In this document: positions 20,302 to 28,841 of the stretch, one piece after another
How positions within the stretch are numbered: the stretch's first letter is position 1
How the letters are laid out: each line of letters opens with the position of its first letter
Assembly (NCBI GenBank): GCA_016184145.1
Contig: JACPDF010000021.1
Coordinates: forward strand, 8,422 to 72,421
Source of the DNA: Candidatus Woesearchaeota archaeon
GTDB lineage: Archaea; Nanobdellota; Nanobdellia; Woesearchaeales; GW2011-AR4
Length of the DNA: 64,000 bases
Direction: 5' to 3'
The notes under the pieces: model-generated
Seen by the model: the letters and a program-made list of their open reading frames with translations, nothing else
Database searches by the model: none
What the model was told of the DNA's origin: nothing
Program-made: the position numbers and the translations under genes

Positions 20302-21146
20302 AAATGGGCTCTAAACATATAGTTATCAGCTCATTGAAAGAATCTTTTTTGCTCATTAAAAAAAACAAAAAGGTATTTTTGCTGGTTTTTATTCTGCAGG
20401 TCTTATTTTTTTTATTGATTGTTATGGTTAATGTTTACCACATGCCGCAGATATTGCAAAGCGCGAAAGATGCCATAGACTATGCTGAGGCATTAAACAT
20501 AAATCCCCAGACTGCCAATATCGACATGCTGCAGAAGAAAAACCCGCTTGGAGAAGACCCATTATTAATAAGCAGAAATTATGATTTAATTATAAAAAAT
20601 TCATTTTATTTGCTGTTTTCTATTTTTTTAATATTTGTTGTTATTAACGGCTTAATATGGTACTTTTCCTCAAATATAAATGAAAAAGGCAAAAATTTGT
20701 TTTCATTGAAGAACATCTTGCGCTATCTCTCAAGATTTTTTATAATAGCCATCATATTATCTGTGCCATTGTATTTTTTTGCTTATGCGCTTGTAAAAAC
20801 ATCTTTCAGCAGCTTTCTCTCCGCAAAGCCAGCGGATTTTGTTCCGTTATTGCTAATCGCAGCCATAGCCATTTATTTCATTTATATATCAATTCCAATA
20901 CTGGATAAAATCAAGTTTAAAAGCCTGGCAAAAAAATTATTTTCAATAGGAACAAAGAACTTCATTCCTGTAATAATTTCCTATTTGATTATTTTAATTT
21001 TGATAATGGCCTCTTTATTTTTGATTTTTTATTTGATAGAGCTGAATCTGTTTTTATTGCTGATTGCTGTTTTATTGTCTATTTTTGTTTTTGCCTGGGC
21101 TAAAATTTATTTTTCAGTTGTTGTTAAGAAGTTAAGCGGCTTGTGA
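20277..21146 (+). CDS. polytopic membrane protein (paralog of 10214..10969)
   Basis: 289 aa with multiple TM helices. It overlaps the 3' end of the giant gene by 25 nt and has the same architecture as 10214..10969. Confidence 0.55.
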   Translation: MLQKIPGLKMGSKHIVISSLKESFLLIKKNKKVFLLVFILQVLFFLLIVMVNVYHMPQILQSAKDAIDYAEALNINPQTANIDMLQKKNPLGEDPLLISRNYDLIIKNSFYLLFSIFLIFVVINGLIWYFSSNINEKGKNLFSLKNILRYLSRFFIIAIILSVPLYFFAYALVKTSFSSFLSAKPADFVPLLLIAAIAIYFIYISIPILDKIKFKSLAKKLFSIGTKNFIPVIISYLIILILIMASLFLIFYLIELNLFLLLIAVLLSIFVFAWAKIYFSVVVKKLSGL

Positions 21147-22472
21147 TTCTTGTGCGGGCTCATTATCATTAGTGGCCTCGGGGGCATTATCAGATGCTTC
21201 AGCCTTATTTGTCGCATAATTGCTGTCTGCATCATCAGGATTAGTTTCTCCATTGGCTGCAGATTTATCTATTGTATCTTCCAATTTGCTTTTTTCTGAA
21301 TCGCTTTTCTCGCTATCATTATTTTTAGTATATTCACTTATCCTATTATTGACATAAGCTGTTGCTTCCTCTCCCTTAAGCCCCATCTCTTCTGCCTCTT
21401 TAACAGCTTCTTCTGCTATGGCTTCCAGCCTGCTCATTACCATAGCCTTGCCGCTATGGAATTCTTCTGCAGTAGCATACCAGTGCCTTGATAAAATATC
21501 GTATATTCTGCCTTGCAATGTGCCATGCCTTGAAGCGGCTCTTTTGGCATTAACCCTGCCGTGCATTGATCTTATATTGAATTCAGAAACATTTTCAGGC
21601 AATCCTTCTTCCTCATAAAGATGCGCTGTCTCGTGCTCTATTACATTTTGGATATATTTATCAACAAATTCTTGTGCTGCCTTTCCCTTATAGCCATGGG
21701 CATATGCATGCTGCCATGCTTCAGATACGAGCTTGTTGGATAAGGCAATATACCTCCTATTTATTGTTACTCCATGAATATGCCTTCTTGGTGAATCTAT
21801 TGCGCCTATGCCTTTAAGCTCTCTTTGCTCATTATAGCCTTCTGACAAAAGGGCATCTCTCCACTCCATAGTCCTATCAGTAAAAGGTACATAACCAATT
21901 CCAGAAACATAATTCGGCCTTTCTGAAATAAGGTATTTCCTGAAAAGGTGCTCTGCAGTTGCCGCTTCATGTATTTTTTTGCCAAAGTCATTATTCGCAA
22001 TATCACCATATATGCTCATTGGTCTTATAGGAACATTAATATTAGTCATAGTAGGGGAAAATTTGCTGTATTTTTGTATTTCCTCCGGGCCGTTAATTAC
22101 AATTCCATCAGTTTGCGGCTTATGCCCAGTTGTAAGAATTGGCTTTTCAGCTGTCCAGGGCAGGAAATATTTAGCCTGGTCTTCCCAAGAATATATGTGC
22201 CCAAAAGCTGCTAGGTCTTTCTTATCAACCTCTGTAGGCCTATAGCATGTGACTACCCTTAATTTGCTATCATCCTGAACGGGGTAATAATGTAGTGTAT
22301 GCACCATTAGGGAATTCCAGTCTTGTGCAGATGAAGTATTATTCCACCAGAATGTTGGCGCCCATGGGCCTTTGCTTGAATTTGCATGAGGAGCGCCTTC
22401 AGAAATTACAGAGTGCTGGCTAAGAGGACCATCATAAAAATCCGCATCCTTATGGCTAAGCTTTGTTGTCAT
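21132..22472 (-). CDS. hypothetical cytoplasmic protein with an HExxH motif and an acidic low-complexity tail
   Basis: 446 aa with ...VIEHETAHLYEEEG... as a possible zinc-binding HExxH. No signal peptide is present. The C-terminal region is D/E/S/N-rich. Confidence 0.45.
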   Translation of the reverse strand: MTTKLSHKDADFYDGPLSQHSVISEGAPHANSSKGPWAPTFWWNNTSSAQDWNSLMVHTLHYYPVQDDSKLRVVTCYRPTEVDKKDLAAFGHIYSWEDQAKYFLPWTAEKPILTTGHKPQTDGIVINGPEEIQKYSKFSPTMTNINVPIRPMSIYGDIANNDFGKKIHEAATAEHLFRKYLISERPNYVSGIGYVPFTDRTMEWRDALLSEGYNEQRELKGIGAIDSPRRHIHGVTINRRYIALSNKLVSEAWQHAYAHGYKGKAAQEFVDKYIQNVIEHETAHLYEEEGLPENVSEFNIRSMHGRVNAKRAASRHGTLQGRIYDILSRHWYATAEEFHSGKAMVMSRLEAIAEEAVKEAEEMGLKGEEATAYVNNRISEYTKNNDSEKSDSEKSKLEDTIDKSAANGETNPDDADSNYATNKAEASDNAPEATNDNEPAQESQAA

Positions 22473-22587
22473 TCTCCACCCAAAATATCATAGTATCATA
22501 TTGTGACTATTTAATAGTGGTAAAAGTAGTATATAAAGCTTTCGGTTTTTTGCAATAGAAAAGGTAGAGAAAGAATGTATATAGAAA

Positions 22588-23202
22588 CTAAGCTTCCTTC
22601 TTTTCTGGAGCACCATATTTCTTGACTACTGCTCTATGGCCATATACAACTCCAACATGGGCTTTTGCCAATTCCTGCCACTGGTTTGCCAGTTCTTCAG
22701 GTTTTTTCTTCTTAAGCTTTTTAGCAACCCCTGGAGGAAGTAATGAAGCGTATTTGTCCATGTACTGCTGCACCATGCCAGTTGCAAGATCAAAGTCGAG
22801 GGGATCTACCTGGCTAAAAACATGTAAATTATAGGCTTCTATCTGTTCCCCCTCCATCCCCTTATGAATTGCATTAAAAACATCTTGCAGTTTTCCACTT
22901 AAAGAATCACTATAAGCTTGACCAACACTGCCAAAACCTCCTTCTTCCTTTCTAATTGAGCTAAGAATTCTATGAGCAAGATGGTAAGCTCTTTCTTTGT
23001 CTATATCAGTACCATAGACTTTTTTATGATGATGCTGAACATATTTTGTTACTTCATCCAGAAATTCTTTATAGTCCTTAACCTTTATCTTTTTAGATTC
23101 GTGAGATGCTCTTGCTTCTGCATGTGGTTGCTGAACCTTTTCATTTATTATAGTTGGGTCTAACATTTCAATTATTTCGTCAAGTGTTGGTTTTTTTGCC
23201 AT
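22588..23202 (-). CDS. hypothetical protein
   Basis: 204-aa ORF, His/Lys-rich, with no recognised motif. Confidence 0.45.
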   Translation of the reverse strand: MAKKPTLDEIIEMLDPTIINEKVQQPHAEARASHESKKIKVKDYKEFLDEVTKYVQHHHKKVYGTDIDKERAYHLAHRILSSIRKEEGGFGSVGQAYSDSLSGKLQDVFNAIHKGMEGEQIEAYNLHVFSQVDPLDFDLATGMVQQYMDKYASLLPPGVAKKLKKKKPEELANQWQELAKAHVGVVYGHRAVVKKYGAPEKKEA

Positions 23203-23260
23203 TTTAGCAAACCTCTAATTTATTAAATATAAACCTTTCGCTTTAAATTTCCTAAATATT

Positions 23261-23887
23261 TTACCGCATAGTGCTAAATTCCTCAAAACTCCTGCACCTT
23301 AAAAAAGGATTGTTCTCCTTCTCATGCTTTATTGTAGAGCTTGGCATGGAGCCGTAATCATGGCCTGGGTAAATCTCAATATTCTCATCCATCTGTTTTA
23401 ATCTCTGTAGGCTCTCATATTGTTTTTTTATATCTCCTCCAAGCATGTCTATCCTTCCGCAGCCCTCCACAAATAATGTATCGCCGGTAAGCATCTTATT
23501 AGTGCCAATTAAAAAGCAAACGCAGCTTGGCTTATGCCCTGGAGTGTAAAGGACGGTGAGTTTTATTTTGCCAATGTCTATCTCGTCCCCTTCATCTATT
23601 GTTTTTATTTTATTAACACCAAGATTTTTAATGTCTTTTTCCCCGTTTTTATGCACATAAACAGCTGCATTTGTAATCTTTGCCATTCCCTTCACGCCAT
23701 CAATATGGTCAAAATCAGTATGAGTGATTAATATTTTATTAATTTTTAAGTTGTATTTTTTTGTAATGTTTAATATTTTGCCATTCTCCCACGCAGGATC
23801 AACCACAGCAGCTTCTTTTGTTTTTTTATCTCCGATAACATAGGCAAAATTCTGCATATGCCCGACTGCAATTTGCTCAAAAATCAT
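23261..23887 (-). CDS. metallo-beta-lactamase-fold hydrolase (glyoxalase II-like)
   Basis: HxHxDH motif (THTDFDHIDG) with downstream His and Asp ligands (PGHKP, GDTLF, PGHDY). Confidence 0.8.
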   Translation of the reverse strand: MIFEQIAVGHMQNFAYVIGDKKTKEAAVVDPAWENGKILNITKKYNLKINKILITHTDFDHIDGVKGMAKITNAAVYVHKNGEKDIKNLGVNKIKTIDEGDEIDIGKIKLTVLYTPGHKPSCVCFLIGTNKMLTGDTLFVEGCGRIDMLGGDIKKQYESLQRLKQMDENIEIYPGHDYGSMPSSTIKHEKENNPFLRCRSFEEFSTMR

Positions 23888-23965
23888 TTTTAATTGCTTT
23901 AAAATTTTATTGAATTATTATTTCATTGTCGATTATTTTTTAAATGGATTTTTAATTATTGGAAC
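23888..23965 (+). repeat. conserved AT-rich ~60-nt intergenic element (copy 2 of 3)
   Basis: tgaattattatttcattgtcgattattttttaaatggatttttaattattgg lies immediately upstream of the start codon of the MBL gene, in the same relative orientation as copy 1. Confidence 0.5.
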
Positions 23966-23994
23966 TTTTATTATTGCTTATCTTATTTATTGGC

Positions 23995-24720
23995 TCAAAT
24001 CCTCCTCGCAAAACTCAAAAAGCCTGAGTGCCCTATAGCCTGTGACCTTGGCCTGACTTTCCTTTCCTCAACTTCCCATTCCCTTTCTATTATCTCGGAT
24101 GTCTTAAGGTAGGCAAAATTGTCATTTTTCCTTATTGCGTCGACAAAATCCATTACCTGTGGCATTGTCGGGCTGTAGGATGCAAGAAAACCTCCTGCCT
24201 TAAGCGATTTTTCAGCGCTTTCCAGGGCTTTCCACGGCTCGGGAAGATCCAAAACAACTAAATCAACATTCTTTTCATCTATGCCGTCATATATGTTCTT
24301 ATTTTTTATTTTGACATTTTTTAGGTTTAGAAATTTAATATTGTTTTTTACTATTTCAATGAAATCTCCCCTTATCTCATATGTTGTAACTTCCTTTGCT
24401 ATATTCGCTAAAAAACATGCTAATGCGCCGCTGCCAGCACCGGCATCCACAACTTTGCTTTTATTGTTAACTCCGGTCTCAGAAACTATTAAGCCGATAT
24501 CCTTCAAAGGAATAATCTGGGCGTTTCTCTTGATTTTTTTGTATAAATCAATGAAAAAAGGGTTGAATATTGTAAATTCCTTTCCTGTGTTTGTCTTTAT
24601 TTTTCCGCTTTTTGCCTTTAAGTCTTTTTTATTAAAATAGCCGAACTGTGTATGCATATCCTTGCTGGTGTCTTTAACCAAAAATCTCTTCCCGAATTTG
24701 TTTATCAATACTCTTGCCAT
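23995..24720 (-). CDS. trmI: tRNA (adenine57/58-N1)-methyltransferase TrmI (GCD14-like)
   Basis: SAM-binding motif VVDAGAGSGALA with typical GCD14/TrmI flanks. The start is placed at the internal ATG (24720); the longer ORF to 24873 adds an implausible Phe-rich extension. Confidence 0.75.
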   Translation of the reverse strand: MARVLINKFGKRFLVKDTSKDMHTQFGYFNKKDLKAKSGKIKTNTGKEFTIFNPFFIDLYKKIKRNAQIIPLKDIGLIVSETGVNNKSKVVDAGAGSGALACFLANIAKEVTTYEIRGDFIEIVKNNIKFLNLKNVKIKNKNIYDGIDEKNVDLVVLDLPEPWKALESAEKSLKAGGFLASYSPTMPQVMDFVDAIRKNDNFAYLKTSEIIEREWEVEERKVRPRSQAIGHSGFLSFARRI

Positions 24721-24913
24721 TCCTCTCCAGAATCCATTGCAATTTAAAAACATTTTTATACCATTAATAAGAAGTATGAATAAAAAGTGATAAAGTGATA
24801 TCATGGCAAAAAAATCGAAAAAGGTATCAAAATCAAGGAAACAGGCAAAAAAGGTAAAATCAAAAAAGCCCAATGTGTGCGAGTTTTGCTGAAAAAAGAG
24901 GTATAGGCAGATA

Positions 24914-25744
24914 ATGCTTGATAATAAAACTGCGTTAATTATTGGTATTTTTCTATTACTTCTATTTTCTATCGCCTATGCACACGAAGCTGAAGAAGAG
25001 ACTCATGAAGAAAGCACTATAAATGCGCATAGCCTTGTATCATCATCATTTAAATATATGATAATTGCCTCAGTTATATCCTTACTGTTCATCATAATTT
25101 CTTTGTATATCCGGGAAAAAAGCGAAAAGGTAAAATGGATCTTGTTTTTGGCAATAATAATTCCAGTAATAGCGTCTACTGCTTACCTTGCTTATTCTAC
25201 AGTCTACTTAAATCTTGTTTCTGAAACCCAAGGCCCAGTGCATTGGCATGCTGATTATGAGGTATGGGTTTGCGACGAAAAAGCGGAGCTGGTTAAGCCC
25301 AAAGGAATCTCTAATAGGATAGGAAGCCCTCTTTTTCACGATCATGGTGACAGCAGAATCCATGTGGAAGGAGTTGTAGCAGATACAAGAAATGTTGACT
25401 TGCATAGTTTCTTTCAGACTGTCGGCGGCGATTTAGACGCGGATATATTGGAAATCCCAAAAGAAAACGAAGTTGTAAAAGTAAAAAATGGTGATTTATG
25501 CAATGGAGAAGAAGCAAAGCTGCAGGCTTTCGTTTACAAAGTGATTAATGCCGATAACGCCAAAAGCTGGATTTTTGAGCAGGAAAAAATAGGTAATTTT
25601 CCAAAATATATTTTATCGCCTTATTCTAATGTGCCACCCGGTGACTGCATAATAATAGAATTTGGCCCTGAAAGTGAAAAAACAGGGCATATTTGCGCTA
25701 CATACGAAGCTGCAATGCAGAGAGGTGAGCTAGTTGGCAGTTGA
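24914..25744 (+). CDS. hypothetical membrane-anchored extracytoplasmic protein
   Basis: 276 aa with two N-terminal TM helices and a soluble domain carrying several Cys and His. It overlaps the next gene by 11 nt. Confidence 0.45.
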   Translation: MLDNKTALIIGIFLLLLFSIAYAHEAEEETHEESTINAHSLVSSSFKYMIIASVISLLFIIISLYIREKSEKVKWILFLAIIIPVIASTAYLAYSTVYLNLVSETQGPVHWHADYEVWVCDEKAELVKPKGISNRIGSPLFHDHGDSRIHVEGVVADTRNVDLHSFFQTVGGDLDADILEIPKENEVVKVKNGDLCNGEEAKLQAFVYKVINADNAKSWIFEQEKIGNFPKYILSPYSNVPPGDCIIIEFGPESEKTGHICATYEAAMQRGELVGS

Positions 25745-26444
25745 AACTTACTTGCCCTCATTGATAACTATAATAACAACCGCTACAATAGATTCAATTA
25801 ATCCATGCGCTATTGGTGTAATAATACTGATGATATCTGTTCTGCTTGCGGCAAGGCAGTCAATAAAAAAAGTCCTTTTCCTGGGAAGCATTTATATTAT
25901 ATCTGTGTATATAGTTTATTTCCTTGCAGGTCTGGGTTTAACATATTATTTTTCAACATTGCCCCTATACCTGACAGAGTATATTGCTATTGCAGTAGCC
26001 TCATTGATTATTATTGGAGGAATTTTAGAGATTAAGGACTATTTCTGGTACGGAAGATGGTTTTCATTGTCTATACCTCACGGACTATCAAAAAAAATAC
26101 ACAAATATGCAACTAAAACCACGATAGTAGGAGTTATACTGCTTGGTGCATTTGTCTCCGGGGTCGAGCTGCCCTGCACTGGTGGTCCATATCTTGCAAT
26201 CATAACATTGCTGTCCCAAAACTTCAACACAACTGCATTTTTCCTGCTGGTGATATACAACATAATTTTTGTCCTGCCTTTGATTGTGATATTGCTGATG
26301 GTAGTGCTTGGAATGAAGCTGCATAAGATAAAAAGATGGAAGCAGGGAGCCAGGCCTTACACGAGACTGCTGATAGGCTTATTGTTAATAGGCTTGGGAT
26401 GGCTGTTAATGCTAATTGCAAATGGAACTGTTAATTTAGGGTAA
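25734..26444 (+). CDS. CcdA/DsbD-like thiol-disulfide transmembrane protein
   Basis: Six TM helices, with Cys in TM1 (SINPCAIGV) and a second membrane-embedded Cys-Pro (ELPCTGGPY), as in the CcdA/DsbD family. Confidence 0.45.
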   Translation: MAVETYLPSLITIITTATIDSINPCAIGVIILMISVLLAARQSIKKVLFLGSIYIISVYIVYFLAGLGLTYYFSTLPLYLTEYIAIAVASLIIIGGILEIKDYFWYGRWFSLSIPHGLSKKIHKYATKTTIVGVILLGAFVSGVELPCTGGPYLAIITLLSQNFNTTAFFLLVIYNIIFVLPLIVILLMVVLGMKLHKIKRWKQGARPYTRLLIGLLLIGLGWLLMLIANGTVNLG

Positions 26445-26446
26445 AA

Positions 26447-26749
26447 ATGAAAAAAATATCAAAAGAAGGGCAGATATGCAAATACTGCATTGTAAAGAGA
26501 AAGGGCCATGCAGAGGAATTTGACGAGAGGAAGGTATATGCCAGCTGCTATGCAGCATGCCTGAATGCGCAGATAGAGCATAAAAAAGCAGAGAAAATAT
26601 GCGAGAAAGTTTCCAGAGAGCTTAAAACATGGGCAAGGAAAAAGAAGTATGCAGACTCAAAAGAGATTTTCAAAAAAGTGACAGCTGCTATAAAAAGGCA
26701 TGATAAGAATGCAGCTTTCATGTACGAAACGCATAGGGATATTTCTTAG
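26447..26749 (+). CDS. ATP-cone domain protein
   Basis: KYCIVKRKGHAEEFDERKVYASCYAAC resembles the ATP-cone signature (V-KR-G--E-FD--KI). The protein is 100 aa. Confidence 0.45.
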   Translation: MKKISKEGQICKYCIVKRKGHAEEFDERKVYASCYAACLNAQIEHKKAEKICEKVSRELKTWARKKKYADSKEIFKKVTAAIKRHDKNAAFMYETHRDIS

Positions 26750-26760
26750 GGATAAAAAAG

Positions 26761-26868
26761 CCTCCGGTGGGATCTGCACCCACGACCTTTGCCTTTTTAG
26801 GCTGCATAGTACCAAGGCTTCGCGGATACTTTTGGTATCTAACGCAATAGCTACTATGCTACGGAGGC
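26761..26868 (-). ncRNA. tRNA-like structured small RNA (non-canonical; possibly an intron-containing or degenerate tRNA)
   Basis: On the minus strand, a 5' GCCUCCG pairs with a 3' CGGAGGC. A T-arm-like GUGGG-UGCAGAU-CCCAC is present. An internal 8-bp helix GCAUAGUA/UACUAUGC encloses a hairpin GAUAC-CAAAA-GUAUC. The element is followed by an oligo-T run. It does not fold as a canonical 76-nt cloverleaf. Confidence 0.3.
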
Positions 26869-26915
26869 GTTAATTAGTGAAAATCTAGGCTTGTTTTTAA
26901 AAATTGCTATATATA

Positions 26916-27776
26916 CTAAGAATATAAGGTGGTCTTTATGTAACTCAAAGGCAAATCATTAAAATTAGGGTAGAAAGTAAGAGGATTTAAACGACCATTC
27001 AAAACCTTAAGCCTTTCATTCAAAGTGGTATAAGGAGGGCAAAATCCAGATTTCTCCCAAATGTTTACTTTAGTAACATGTTTAAGATTCTTAAAACCAA
27101 TGTCTTTTATCCATTTTAAGACATCACTTTTGGAGTCTACTATCACTGAGTGCATAGTATATTCATTTTTTCTTTGTTTTATAGGCTTTTGAATTCTTGG
27201 ATGAAAACCCAAACCTATTAATAAACTATAAACTTCTTCAATTAGAGTATAAGATATTGTAGCTAGTTTTATTTTTGGCCTATAATGAAAAGCATTATAA
27301 ATTGATTTTTTCTTTCTCTTGTTGTAACTTTTGCAAAAATAGATACTTCCATCTGTATCAAACAAACCTCTAATAAAACATATTTTCTCTCTTAGAGTTT
27401 TTATTTTAAAGGGTACAGATATTGCATATTTTTTACCGTTTTTCAAATTAAAATTGCTTTGCAGAAATTGAATAAAATCTCTTTGAAAAACATAAATTCC
27501 ACAAACTCCTACAGATTTATAAATCCTCAACTTTGCCGGATTATTTAATTGACTCGTAAATAAACGATTAAAAGTTGGGACGACAACTTTTTTGTAGAAT
27601 GGGTATTCCTCAACAATATCTCCTGTTAAAGTGTATTGGTAGTGCCGTTTATTAATACTTATACAGCCATCGCCAACATGCCAACCCAGAAATTCTGCTA
27701 ATTCTTCTGAATAATCTTTATTCTCTCCATTATTTGAATTATTTTCAAAATCCAAAATTATATTTTGATTTTTCAT
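26916..27776 (-). CDS. free-standing LAGLIDADG homing endonuclease (two-motif type)
   Basis: Two LAGLIDADG motifs, LAEFLGWHVGDGCIS and IRGLFDTDGSIYF, in a basic 286-aa protein. Confidence 0.8.
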   Translation of the reverse strand: MKNQNIILDFENNSNNGENKDYSEELAEFLGWHVGDGCISINKRHYQYTLTGDIVEEYPFYKKVVVPTFNRLFTSQLNNPAKLRIYKSVGVCGIYVFQRDFIQFLQSNFNLKNGKKYAISVPFKIKTLREKICFIRGLFDTDGSIYFCKSYNKRKKKSIYNAFHYRPKIKLATISYTLIEEVYSLLIGLGFHPRIQKPIKQRKNEYTMHSVIVDSKSDVLKWIKDIGFKNLKHVTKVNIWEKSGFCPPYTTLNERLKVLNGRLNPLTFYPNFNDLPLSYIKTTLYS

Positions 27777-27779
27777 ATT

Positions 27780-28315
27780 TCAGGAATTGGTTTAGGAAAA
27801 AACAAAATAATTAAGATTTGGATATTTAAATACTCTACGCGCGAATGTCCAGTGGAGTATTGGCATGTCCAGTGGGTAAAAAGAGAAGAAATGCGGAGGA
27901 GGGGACTCCCAAATCCTGAGGGATTTGTGGTCTCCCTCTGGGATATTTGAACCCCCGGACCCACTAAGGGACAGGATATCTTCGTTACAACAGAAGTGTC
28001 CAATATGGGCCACTGCTGACCTTAAGTTTCGCAGTGAATTTCTATCCCTCCTGCGCGTTTGGCCAGGCTTCGCTACCTCCGCATCAAAGCCAAAAGAAAA
28101 GAAAACCCTATTTAAACGTTACTGTTAGGAAACTTTTGTATACCCAAGTGACATATGTCACTAGGGAGATATTGAAATATATCGACTACAAAATCAAAAG
28201 GTTGTTTTCAGGTTTGCTCTTCCACTGAAAGGGGTAATAAGGGTTTTTTTGATATCTTTGACGACAAATGGATCTAGCATTGCATTGGTGACAAATGTCA
28301 CTAGGGCGTACACTG
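27780..28315 (-). other. 0.5-kb non-coding region with tRNA-like and palindromic repeat structure
   Basis: No ORF of plausible coding quality. On the minus strand, a 7-bp terminal helix GCGGAGG/CCUCCGC (28082->27891) encloses a tRNA-like 5' end (GCGGAGG-UA-GCGA-AGCCUGGCCAA-ACGC), a T-loop-like GGGGGUUCAAAUAUCCC and several hairpins. Duplicated motifs are GTGACA(T/A)ATGTCACTAGGG (28148..28166, 28288..28306) and ACTGTTAGGAAACTTT (28121..28136, 28312..28327). Confidence 0.35.
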
Positions 28316-28837
28316 TTAGGAAACTTTAATCTTGTACAGCTCAAAAAAGCTCTTCAAGCGTTTATGCAACTCGTAGCAATCAGCTTGTACAGGTCCCTCA
28401 TACCTTTCCGTTATAGTCTGCCCTATTCCCCATATGTATTTGTCATAAAGAGTCCTGAAAAATACGTACAAAGGATTCACCTGAGTCCATCTTGACCTGA
28501 GGATTGTTTCCACCCAGCCATCTATGTTGACAAAAATATTAGCCTCGTTAAACTTTACATACCTCCCTCTCCTTTTCTGACTTACTTCCCTTACATTATC
28601 AAACAAAGCCCTCAGCTTTATCATGTGCTTTACCTCTCTCGCTGGGCTTTTCCATAGTTCAACTGCATATTCTATCCTTTTGCCTTTTGATTTTACTTCC
28701 TCTGATTTTCTCTTTATCTCTTTCTCAAGGCCTTTTTCCCTAGCCCATTTGTCAACTTCTTTATAAAAATCTTCTACTGACAATGGTCCATTGTACTTAA
28801 GCATTAAATCATAAACTACTTGTTTTTTTTCTACCAT
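28316..28837 (-). CDS. unknown-function protein, paralog family member 1 of 3
   Basis: 173 aa. It shares Y-GP...F..I....E.G......SKGK-IE...WK...W-Q-P-F-R-IY--F-YK with 28842..29384 and, more distantly, with 29591..30211. Confidence 0.55.
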   Translation of the reverse strand: MVEKKQVVYDLMLKYNGPLSVEDFYKEVDKWAREKGLEKEIKRKSEEVKSKGKRIEYAVELWKSPAREVKHMIKLRALFDNVREVSQKRRGRYVKFNEANIFVNIDGWVETILRSRWTQVNPLYVFFRTLYDKYIWGIGQTITERYEGPVQADCYELHKRLKSFFELYKIKVS

Positions 28838-28841
28838 TTGA

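Noticed and set aside
24721-24873. An N-terminal extension of TrmI to 24873 (MGFFDFTFFACFLDFDTFFDFF…) was considered.
   Set aside because: The Phe-rich extension is implausible. The conserved methyltransferase begins at the internal ATG at 24720.
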